Assembly: GCA_036405675.1 (NCBI GenBank)
Contig: DASWXD010000004.1
Coordinates: forward strand, 4,766-68,765
DNA length: 64,000 bases
Reading direction: 5' to 3'
From: Sediminibacterium sp.
GTDB taxonomy: Bacteria; Bacteroidota; Bacteroidia; Chitinophagales; Chitinophagaceae
Below the pieces are notes generated by a model. The model had not been told where the DNA came from, made no database searches, and worked only from the letters and a program-made list of their open reading frames with translations. This document shows, in pieces, positions 55,967 to 64,000 of the stretch (position 1 is the stretch's first letter; each line of letters begins with the position of its first letter). The position numbers and the translations under genes are program-made.

Positions 55967-58678
55967 ATGAGCACAACCATCAAACCTTACTTACGTTTGT
56001 CAGGCCTGGAACCACTGGTGATCAGACCCGAAACCAATTTTGTAAATGTTGGCGAGCGTACCAATGTTACCGGCTCTAAAAAATTTGCCAGACTGGTACG
56101 CGATGGGCGGTATGAAGAAGCCCTGTCAGTAGCCCGCCAACAGGTAGAGAATGGTGCACAGATCCTGGACGTGAATATGGACGATGCCATGCTGGATGGG
56201 GTGAGTGCTATGACCACTTACCTCAACCTCCTGCAAAGCGAACCGGATATTGCCCGCATCCCCATCATGATCGACAGTTCCAAATTCGAGATCATTGAAG
56301 CGGGGTTGAAATGTGTTCAGGGTAGGTGTATCGTGAACTCTATCTCCATGAAAGAAGGAGAAGAGAAGTTTATTGAACAGGCTTTCACCTGCAAAGCCTA
56401 TGGCGCTGCGGTGATTGTGATGGCGTTTGATGAAATCGGTCAGGCCGATACCAAACAGCGGAAAGTAGAAATCTGCCACCGGGCCTATAAGATCCTCACA
56501 GAGAAAGTAGGATATGATCCGCAGGATATCATTTTTGACCCTAACATTTTTGCGATCGCTACCGGCATCGAAGAACATAATAATTACGCGGTTGATTTTA
56601 TCGAAGCCACCCGCGAGATCAAACAACTGATGCCTTTGGCCAAAGTGAGCGGCGGGGTATCGAATGTATCTTTTTCTTTCCGCGGTAACGACCATGTTAG
56701 GGAAGCCATCCACTCCGTATTTCTGTTCTACGCCATTAAGGCGGGTATGGATATGGGTATTGTAAATGCCGGACAGCTGGTAGTATACGATGAAATAGAA
56801 CCCACGCTGAAACAGTTGTGCGAAGATGTAATCCTGAACCGCAACAACGATAATAACGAAGCCACAGAAAAACTGATTGTATTTGCCGAAACGGTGAAAG
56901 CAAAGGGCAAAGTGGAAGTAAAAGATGAAGCCTGGAGAAATGAACCCGTAGAAAAACGATTGGCACATTCACTTATCAACGGTATCACCGATTATATTGA
57001 AGCAGATACAGAAGAAGCCCGCCAGAAATACCCCACCCCACTGGAAGTGATCGAAGGACCATTGATGGATGGTATGGGAATTGTAGGTGACCTCTTCGGT
57101 GCCGGAAAAATGTTTCTGCCGCAGGTAGTTAAAAGCGCCCGTGTAATGAAGAAAAGCGTGGCCGTACTCACCCCTTATATTGAGGCAGAAAAAGAAGAAA
57201 GAAAACAGGCACACCTTACCGCCGGAACCACCAACAACGAAGCTGCGGGTGCCGCTAAGATACTACTGGCCACAGTAAAAGGGGATGTACATGATATCGG
57301 TAAAAACATTGTGGGTGTGGTACTGGGCTGTAACGGTTACGATATTATTGACATGGGTGTGATGGTACCCGCTGATAAAATCCTCGAAACTGCACAAAGG
57401 GAAAAAGCAGATATCATTGGTCTGAGTGGTCTGATCACTCCGTCACTCGACGAGATGGTTCATATTGCCAAAGAAATGAAACGCCGGGGCATGACACAAC
57501 CCCTGCTCATTGGTGGTGCCACTACTTCGCGTATCCATACTGCTGTTAAAATTGCACCGGAATACCAGGAAGGCGTAGTGCATGTACTGGATGCATCCAG
57601 AAGTGTAACCGTTGCCGGTTCGCTGCTGAGTAAAGAACAGAAACCCGATTTTCTCCAGGGGATAAAAGAAGAATATGTCAAATTGAAAGAAGGATTTGAT
57701 AACAAGAAAGTCGTAAAAACCTACCTCCCATACAGCGAAGCACTGCAGAACAAAGTGGCGGTTGACTGGAAAAATCATACTACACAAACCCCCACATTTA
57801 CCGGCACCAAAGTGTTTGAAGCATACGACCTGAATAGTCTCCGACCATTCATAGACTGGAAACCTTTCTTTATTGCCTGGGAAATGCATGGCAATTTCCC
57901 GGATATTTTAACCGATAGCGTAGTAGGTACAGAAGCTACCAAACTGTATAACGACGCCAATGCGTTAATTGATCAGCTCATTGCAGAAAAATGGCTGACG
58001 GCCAAGGGAACTATCGGTTTCTGGGAAGCCAGCAGTGTGGAAGATGATGTGGAAGTAATTTCACCTGATGGTCCGGTGCAACTTTCCTTCCTGCGCCAGC
58101 AGATCAAAAAAGCAGCGGATCAGCCTAATTTATCACTGGCAGATTTTATTGCTCCCAAAACCAGTGGTAAAAAAGATTTTATCGGCGCCTTTGCCGTAAC
58201 CCTGCATGGCATAGAAGAACATATCAAAAAGTTTGAAGCCAACCACGACGATTACAACAAAATCATGTTACAGGCATTGGCCGACAGGTTTGCAGAAGCC
58301 TTTGCAGAAGCCTTACACCTGCAGGTAAGAAAAGAATACTGGGGCTACGATAAAGACGAACAGCTGAGCAACGAAGACCTGATCAAGGAACAATATATGG
58401 GTATCAGGCCGGCACCGGGTTATCCTGCCTGTCCGGATCATACAGAAAAATACAAACTCTTTGATCTGCTCAAAGCAACTGATACCATTGGGGTGCAGCT
58501 TACCGAGAGCCTGGCCATGTATCCGGCCTCTTCTGTTTGCGGCTGGTATTTCTCTAATCCCAAAAGTCAGTACTTCGGCGTTGGAAAGATCCAGCGCGAT
58601 CAGCTGGAAGAGTATGCCAAACGCAAACACATGCCGTTGGCAGAAGCGGAAAGATGGCTGAGTCCGGTACTGGAATAA
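55967..58678 (+). CDS. metH: Methionine synthase, pterin/B12-binding/activation half (split MetH)
   Basis: [25 protein letters not shown] (B12 DxH), [20 protein letters not shown]; ATG at 55967. Confidence 0.96.
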   Translation: MSTTIKPYLRLSGLEPLVIRPETNFVNVGERTNVTGSKKFARLVRDGRYEEALSVARQQVENGAQILDVNMDDAMLDGVSAMTTYLNLLQSEPDIARIPIMIDSSKFEIIEAGLKCVQGRCIVNSISMKEGEEKFIEQAFTCKAYGAAVIVMAFDEIGQADTKQRKVEICHRAYKILTEKVGYDPQDIIFDPNIFAIATGIEEHNNYAVDFIEATREIKQLMPLAKVSGGVSNVSFSFRGNDHVREAIHSVFLFYAIKAGMDMGIVNAGQLVVYDEIEPTLKQLCEDVILNRNNDNNEATEKLIVFAETVKAKGKVEVKDEAWRNEPVEKRLAHSLINGITDYIEADTEEARQKYPTPLEVIEGPLMDGMGIVGDLFGAGKMFLPQVVKSARVMKKSVAVLTPYIEAEKEERKQAHLTAGTTNNEAAGAAKILLATVKGDVHDIGKNIVGVVLGCNGYDIIDMGVMVPADKILETAQREKADIIGLSGLITPSLDEMVHIAKEMKRRGMTQPLLIGGATTSRIHTAVKIAPEYQEGVVHVLDASRSVTVAGSLLSKEQKPDFLQGIKEEYVKLKEGFDNKKVVKTYLPYSEALQNKVAVDWKNHTTQTPTFTGTKVFEAYDLNSLRPFIDWKPFFIAWEMHGNFPDILTDSVVGTEATKLYNDANALIDQLIAEKWLTAKGTIGFWEASSVEDDVEVISPDGPVQLSFLRQQIKKAADQPNLSLADFIAPKTSGKKDFIGAFAVTLHGIEEHIKKFEANHDDYNKIMLQALADRFAEAFAEALHLQVRKEYWGYDKDEQLSNEDLIKEQYMGIRPAPGYPACPDHTEKYKLFDLLKATDTIGVQLTESLAMYPASSVCGWYFSNPKSQYFGVGKIQRDQLEEYAKRKHMPLAEAERWLSPVLE

Positions 58679-58806
58679 ATCAACCAGCACACCCTCATAA
58701 ACCCTTTTCACTGTTAACCTGCGGCGGAAAGGGTTTGTGCTTTCGGCTGTCTTTGTCCGCTTATGTGTCGTCAGCCATTATCTTTGTGGTCTGAAATCTT
58801 GTAACC

Positions 58807-59616
58807 GTGAATCTACTGAGAGCTTTTGTTGTTATTCTATTGAGTTTACCCCTTTTTGCCAACGCACAGAACAAAAAAACCGAACGCAAGGGCGAATTGT
58901 ATTTTTCCTGGGGCTATAACAAGGAATGGTACACCAACTCCAACGTAAAAGTGAACCAATCTGCGTTGAACAATCAGTATACACTGAAAAATGTAAGATC
59001 ACATGATAATCCGGGCTGGGACAAAGGCATTTTCAATACGCCGATCAGTATTCCGCAGTACAATTACCGGCTGGGTTATTTCTTTAACCGCAAAAAAGGA
59101 TTGGCTTTCGAGATCAACTTCGATCATACCAAACACCTGATACAGGATGGACAAACGATCCGGATCGCAGGTACGCTCAATGGCCGGCAGGTAGACTCTT
59201 CCATCAATTTTTCTGAAGGCAATGGTTTTTATTATTACCTGAACAATGGTGCCAATTTTTTACTGTTCAATATTGTCAAAAGATGGAACTGGCAACAAAG
59301 CAAAAGCGGCAATTTTAAAATTGATGCATTGGGCAAAGCGGGAATTGGCCCTTTGATTCCCCATGTACAGAACAGTCTTTTCGGTAAAGCCAATGATCCC
59401 GGTTTTCAGATCGGCGGGTGGAATATGGGGGTAGAAGCCGCTGTGCGTGCTACTTTTCACAAACGTATTTACCTGGAGTTTGCCAACAAACTGGACTATG
59501 CCCGTTATTCCAACCTGAAAGTATACCAGGGAACGGCCAAACAGGCTTTTGGCACCTATGAGCTGATCCTGAGTCTGGGGGTAACCATTGATGCAGGAAA
59601 ACGAATTACAGAATAA
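58807..59616 (+). CDS. Hypothetical exported protein, probable outer membrane beta-barrel
   Basis: Signal peptide ending ANAQ; aromatic, alternating strands (ELYFSWGYN, PQYNYRLGYF, FEINFDHTK). Confidence 0.75.
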   Translation: MNLLRAFVVILLSLPLFANAQNKKTERKGELYFSWGYNKEWYTNSNVKVNQSALNNQYTLKNVRSHDNPGWDKGIFNTPISIPQYNYRLGYFFNRKKGLAFEINFDHTKHLIQDGQTIRIAGTLNGRQVDSSINFSEGNGFYYYLNNGANFLLFNIVKRWNWQQSKSGNFKIDALGKAGIGPLIPHVQNSLFGKANDPGFQIGGWNMGVEAAVRATFHKRIYLEFANKLDYARYSNLKVYQGTAKQAFGTYELILSLGVTIDAGKRITE

Positions 59617-59619
59617 CCC

Positions 59620-60351
59620 TTATCGGCTTTCCAATAACCACCATAATCTTTTCCTGGGTTTTACTTTGAAGTTTTTGGCGATATAGGCACCGATATACTG
59701 CATGGCTTCATCAATATCATCTGTTAACAGGATCAAATCTTTATCCTTGGCCGAGATGGTTCCCTTTTCAACCATGGTATCAATGGCTTCCATCAGCGGC
59801 ATAAAATACTCTTTGCCATATAACACGATCGGGAAATTGGTGATGACGCGGGTCTGGATCAGGGTGATGGTTTCAAACATTTCATCCATGGTACCATAAC
59901 CGCCGGGCAGAATCACAAACGCGTACGAATACTTTACCAGCAATACTTTCCGGATAAAGAAATAATCGAAAGTGATCCACTTCTGCATATAAGGATTGGG
60001 ATGCTGCTCAAAAGGAAGTTTGATATTGCAGCCCACCGATTGGCCTCCATTCTCAAAAGCACCGCGGTTGGCGGCTTCCATAATACCGGGACCACCACCC
60101 GTCATAGTAGTAAACCCCATGGCCGCAATCCGCTTGCCAAATTCACGGGCCGCTTCATAATAGGCATGCCCCTCCTTAAACCGGGCCGACCCAAATACGG
60201 TAATACAGGGCCCAAGAAAATGCAGGTTACGAAACCCGTATATCATTTGCCGGAACACATTCCAGGCAAAGAAAAATTCATTGATCCGCGGTTTGGGCCC
60301 ATCCAGGTAAACCGATTCTTTGGCAGGTATGATCCGTTCAGATTTTTCCAT
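59620..60351 (-). CDS. LOG family (TIGR00730) Rossmann-fold protein
   Basis: TVFGSARF, TGGGPGIMEAANRGA, PGGYGTMDE. Confidence 0.93.
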   Translation of the reverse strand: MEKSERIIPAKESVYLDGPKPRINEFFFAWNVFRQMIYGFRNLHFLGPCITVFGSARFKEGHAYYEAAREFGKRIAAMGFTTMTGGGPGIMEAANRGAFENGGQSVGCNIKLPFEQHPNPYMQKWITFDYFFIRKVLLVKYSYAFVILPGGYGTMDEMFETITLIQTRVITNFPIVLYGKEYFMPLMEAIDTMVEKGTISAKDKDLILLTDDIDEAMQYIGAYIAKNFKVKPRKRLWWLLESR

Positions 60352-60435
60352 GATCTATGCTTATATTCATCAATAATTCAGATTAGCATACATTTTGCTG
60401 TAGTAAAGATAACGCTGTCTAACTGCTTTATACTT

Positions 60436-61821
60436 ATGAGAAAAATAATCACCTGCCTGCTATTCCTGCTTGCCGCACAAACCGTTCCGGCCCAGCAGAA
60501 GATAGTGCTTGAAAATCTTCGTCTCTACAACCTCAACGAACCGATACTCCGCTACCTGCAAAGCCCTGATATCAAGCAAACCATTGTCACAGACCTGAAT
60601 CAGTTACTCGGTAAAAAAATGAACGGGCAGCTTACCAACACCAGCGATCTGCCTGTTGAACTGCTTGATTTTAATTTTGTTGTGCCGGTCATCAAACCTG
60701 TTTTCGCTGATCCGGATCCCAACCTGCTTCATCTGTATCTTGATTTCATTGAAGCCGATCCTTTCTTTTTTTTCAGGTATGACAAAGAGAATGAGATTGA
60801 CAGCCTTACACAAAAGCGGGTAAAAACAGTTTTTATACTGAAAGCGCATATATACAGCTCAGACCAAAAACTAATACGAACAGAAATGCTGAACGTATTG
60901 ATCAGTGCGGCCGAAACACCGGGCATAGGCAACCTGTATAACCTGGGCATCCGGTTCACAGACCTAACGGTAACCTCAAAAACTTTTACCGAACTATTCA
61001 AAAAAAGCACTTCGTTATTACTGGATACAGCCAACAATCTTGCTGCTATTGAAGTAAAACTACAACCGGCTTATCTGGCCGATAACTATCTCCTACCAAA
61101 AACCCTTAACCGGACAAGAACTTTTGTCAGCACCCAAAAGAACATCAGTTCTTACCTGTTGGGAAAACAGTCAGAAATGATCCGTATGGGTGAACCTTTG
61201 TATGAAGAGATCCTGCTGAAAGGGAAAAAAGCACAAAAATATCCGGACCAGATCACCGCTGCTATCAAAGCCACACAAAACTTTTCAAAGTCTGATTATG
61301 TATTTCTCCGCCAGGAAGGAAGAGATGTGTTAAGAGATAAGAATTACCTGATCAAACTCTGCACGCAGGTAGACCCAACTGATATTCCCGAGAACCGGAA
61401 CCTGCTCTTCACCCGTTTTCTCCCTGGCAATTTTCATTACCTGTTACAGGAAAAAGATACAGTGGCGCAGTTTTCTATTCTGAAAGAAGTCACAGAAAAA
61501 ACCAATAAAATCTATCCCAATATCGTTACCAATGGGTACGATAGTACTGGTTTTTCTACTTTACCGGCTTTGGGCAGTCGTAAGACAGAATGGGAAGTGG
61601 TGTATCGCTACATAATCAATGGTTCTCTGGCGGGCACGCCCTTCCGGATCAAATGCAGCGGTTTTGATAACAGCCTGCGGGAGTTCTTCCTCGCCGATCA
61701 ACTGGTCTGTATCGCACAGGGAAAATTTAACCCGGAAAAAATTGTGCTTTTTGATGCATCTTTATCCCCCGAAAAACTGAACCAGTTATTCCTGATCGGT
61801 TTTAATCGTTTCCTGGAATAA
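60436..61821 (+). CDS. Hypothetical exported protein
   Basis: MRKIITCLLFLLAAQTVPAQ signal peptide at 60436; the upstream ORF extension overlaps the LOG gene. Confidence 0.75.
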   Translation: MRKIITCLLFLLAAQTVPAQQKIVLENLRLYNLNEPILRYLQSPDIKQTIVTDLNQLLGKKMNGQLTNTSDLPVELLDFNFVVPVIKPVFADPDPNLLHLYLDFIEADPFFFFRYDKENEIDSLTQKRVKTVFILKAHIYSSDQKLIRTEMLNVLISAAETPGIGNLYNLGIRFTDLTVTSKTFTELFKKSTSLLLDTANNLAAIEVKLQPAYLADNYLLPKTLNRTRTFVSTQKNISSYLLGKQSEMIRMGEPLYEEILLKGKKAQKYPDQITAAIKATQNFSKSDYVFLRQEGRDVLRDKNYLIKLCTQVDPTDIPENRNLLFTRFLPGNFHYLLQEKDTVAQFSILKEVTEKTNKIYPNIVTNGYDSTGFSTLPALGSRKTEWEVVYRYIINGSLAGTPFRIKCSGFDNSLREFFLADQLVCIAQGKFNPEKIVLFDASLSPEKLNQLFLIGFNRFLE

Positions 61822-61835
61822 CACAAACTCTACCC

Positions 61836-62606
61836 ATGCGTATCATTTCCTATAATGTAAACGGCATCCGCGCCGCTATTAAAAAAGGTTTCACCGAATG
61901 GCTGCAGACAAACCCTGCTGATATTATCTGCCTGCAGGAAACCAAAGCCAGTAAAGAAGATGTGGACCTGACAGAACTGGAAGCACTGGGTTACCAGTCG
62001 TACTGGTTCTCTGCACAAAAAAAAGGATACAGTGGCGTTGCCATCTTTACAAAGATCAAACCCGACAATATTGAATACGGGCATGCCAAAGAACAAAGCG
62101 ATTTTGAAGGCAGGGTTATCCGTGCCGATTTTGGTGATATCACATTGATCAACGCCTATTATCCATCGGGTACAAGCGGAGATGAAAGACAGACCTACAA
62201 ATACCATTGGTTAGATGAATTTTTTGATTACCTGCAGGATCTGCGGAAAACAAGGAAAAAACTGATCGTAGTGGGCGATTATAATATTGCCCACACAGAA
62301 ATAGATATACATGATCCGAAAGGAAATAAGAAATCCTCTGGATTTTTACCAGAGGAAAGGGCATGGATGGATAAATTTCTGCAGCACGACTGGGTAGACA
62401 GTTTCCGCGAACTGAACCCCGGTGTTACAGGCGCTTATTCCTGGTGGAGCCAGCGTTTCCCCTCGGTACGTTTGCAGAATAAGGGATGGCGGATTGATTA
62501 TATCTGTGTAACCAAATCCCTGCAACCGCAACTGAAAGAGGCCAGAATCTACCCCGATGTAAAACACAGCGACCACTGCCCCATCTACGCAGAAATCAGT
62601 ATTTAA
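61836..62606 (+). CDS. xth: Exodeoxyribonuclease III
   Basis: ISYNVNGIRA, CLQETK, YSGVA, GDYNIAH, GWRIDY, SDHCP. Confidence 0.96.
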   Translation: MRIISYNVNGIRAAIKKGFTEWLQTNPADIICLQETKASKEDVDLTELEALGYQSYWFSAQKKGYSGVAIFTKIKPDNIEYGHAKEQSDFEGRVIRADFGDITLINAYYPSGTSGDERQTYKYHWLDEFFDYLQDLRKTRKKLIVVGDYNIAHTEIDIHDPKGNKKSSGFLPEERAWMDKFLQHDWVDSFRELNPGVTGAYSWWSQRFPSVRLQNKGWRIDYICVTKSLQPQLKEARIYPDVKHSDHCPIYAEISI

Positions 62607-62692
62607 TGAAAAATGAACAATTAAAAATTACCATTTCAGATAAACCACTACTACGTCAATTATTAATTTTTAATTGCTAATTTTTAATTACC
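62605..62692. repeat. Inverted repeat of AT-rich AATKAAA heptamers (family F)
   Basis: AATGAAA AATGAAC AATTAAA AATTACC ... AATTATT AATTTTT AATTGCT AATTTTT AATT. Confidence 0.7.
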
Positions 62693-62696
62693 GAAG

Positions 62697-63002
62697 ATGT
62701 TTATTTACAACGTAACCACCAAAGTCAGCTGGTCCATACACGAAGCCTGGGTGTTATGGATGCGGGAGAAACATATTCCTGCCATCATGGAAAAAGGGTG
62801 TTTTACGGAGTACCGTTTTGCACGTTTACTGGAAACAGATGATACCGAAGGACCTACCTATACCACGCAGTATTATGCCCCCAGCAAAGAAGCGTATGAA
62901 CGTTATATAGCCGAACATGCAAATGCTTTGCGAAAAGATGCATTGGATAACTGGGGCGACCAGTTCATTGGTTTTCGTTCGTTAATGGAACTTGTGAATT
63001 GA
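62697..63002 (+). CDS. DUF4286 family protein
   Basis: MFIYNVTTKV, WMREKHIP, GPTYTTQY, FRSLMEL. Confidence 0.9.
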   Translation: MFIYNVTTKVSWSIHEAWVLWMREKHIPAIMEKGCFTEYRFARLLETDDTEGPTYTTQYYAPSKEAYERYIAEHANALRKDALDNWGDQFIGFRSLMELVN

Positions 63003-63236
63003 GTGTGGATAGTTTACCGAATTCATTTTGGCAATCACAAATCTTTGTTATATTCCGCTAAAACCCGCTCGGGCATTGAATTTCAGACGATTCACCCCGA
63101 AATCCTTGCTGCACAAGGGTTTCAGGGAACATTGTTAAATACGCAATCTATTATATATCAAACCGGATTCAGCTGAAATCCTTTATACATAGGGGTTTTG
63201 AAGAAAACAACCATGATAAAAAAAATAATAAAATTT

Positions 63237-63266
63237 TTTGTTGATTAGCAAAAGCGAATAAATTTG
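63237..63266 (+). promoter_or_regulatory. Bacteroidota sigma-70 promoter for hup
   Basis: TTTG (63237-63240), N18, TAAATTTG (63259-63266). Confidence 0.7.
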
Positions 63267-63296
63267 TTGCTGTTATTAAACATTAAAAACACATCT

Positions 63297-63566
63297 ATGA
63301 ACAAAGCTGAATTAATTGCTCAGATCGCTGAAGATGCAGGCGTAACCAAAACACAGGCTAACGCTGCCCTGGATTCTTTTGTAGGCGCTGTAACCAAAAC
63401 CCTGAAAAAAGGTGACAAAGTTACGCTGGTAGGTTTTGGTACTTTTTCCGTGTCTAAGCGTGCTGCACGTACAGGCCGTAACCCACAAACCGGTGCTGCG
63501 ATCAAGATCAAAGCTAAAAAAGTTGCTAAATTCAAAGCAGGTAAAGAATTAAGCGCCAAGCTCTAA
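63297..63566 (+). CDS. hup: HU family DNA-binding protein
   Basis: [30 protein letters not shown]. Confidence 0.97.
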   Translation: MNKAELIAQIAEDAGVTKTQANAALDSFVGAVTKTLKKGDKVTLVGFGTFSVSKRAARTGRNPQTGAAIKIKAKKVAKFKAGKELSAKL

Positions 63567-63585
63567 TTATTGCCCAAACAAATTG

Positions 63586-63614
63586 AAACCCTGCCTGAAC
63601 CGCGGGGTTTTTTT
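63586..63614 (+). terminator. Intrinsic terminator after hup
   Basis: AAACCCTGC-ctgaacc-GCGGGGTTT plus T run. Confidence 0.75.
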
Positions 63615-63750
63615 ATGCTTTTGCCTTCCGCCAGGAGCCTTCCTGCAGCTGAATTACCGGCTATTTGAGGCTATTTCAAATGAACTCCCCAAAATCCCCG
63701 GGTTTTTCTATTTTTGCAGCCTTACATCATTCATTCAAAAAAACCATACC

Positions 63751-63867
63751 ATGGGAAGAGGTGACAAAAAAACCGCAAAAGGTAAAAGATTCCAGGGCTC
63801 ATTCGGTAAAAGCCGCCCTGCAAAAGCAACCAAACAAAAAAAGCCTGTAGTAGCCAAAGCCTCCTAA
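63751..63867 (+). CDS. 30S ribosomal protein bTHX
   Basis: MGRGDKKTAKGKRFQGSFGKSRP; TATTTTTG promoter at 63709. Confidence 0.88.
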   Translation: MGRGDKKTAKGKRFQGSFGKSRPAKATKQKKPVVAKAS

Positions 63868-64000
63868 GCTTAACTGCACCGATATTTTGGAAACAATAAT
63901 CGGGAAATGCACAACCGCAAACTGCGATACCGGCATTTCCCGATTCCAAAATTTTTACACTGGCTATTTTTTCTTAGCCGCTATTTCTCCGATCGCCATC

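Noticed and set aside
60001-60435. N-terminal extension of the 606-aa ORF
   Set aside because: It overlaps the LOG gene on the opposite strand; a signal peptide starts at 60436.
8517-62692. Short tandem repeat arrays as CRISPR arrays
   Set aside because: Units are 7-8 bp, directly adjacent and inverted, with no 23-47-bp repeats separated by unique spacers and no cas genes.
63125-63160. TGTTAAAT near hup as a dif site
   Set aside because: Only part of a XerD arm matches; there is no XerC arm or 6-bp spacer symmetry.
63964-64000. 3' end of a minus-strand gene (...MAIGEIAAKKK*)
   Set aside because: Only about 11 codons are visible, too few to identify.

Overview
Gene-dense chromosomal segment of a Bacteroidota bacterium. 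TAnnTTTG promoters, a T9SS type-B cargo protein, a CcoNO fusion and split MetH point to the phylum; a Chitinophagaceae (Sediminibacterium-like) origin is an inference. In order, it holds the 3' part of a giant Ig-repeat T9SS protein and a Crp/Fnr-DUF2892-OsmC-rhodanese-thioredoxin cluster. Next come rlpA, gcvT, padR-pspC, an arsR-arsM-arsN-acr3-arsC operon, an M16 peptidase pair, mqnC, two ECF sigma/anti-sigma pairs, serS and gcvH. A complete FNR-linked cbb3 oxidase locus follows, then a radical SAM/SPASM gene, a UvrD-nuclease fusion, recR, a YceI/DUF5777 cluster, split metH with a SAM-II-like leader, xth, hup and bTHX. No rRNA, tRNA, CRISPR array, transposase or integrase was seen. The most striking structure is intergenic: about ten palindromic elements built from tandem 7- or 8-bp units of several unrelated sequences, mostly starting at or just after a stop codon. 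Two branched palindromes carry GCGAAGC mini-hairpins. Protein identities come from motif recognition only; no database search was run.
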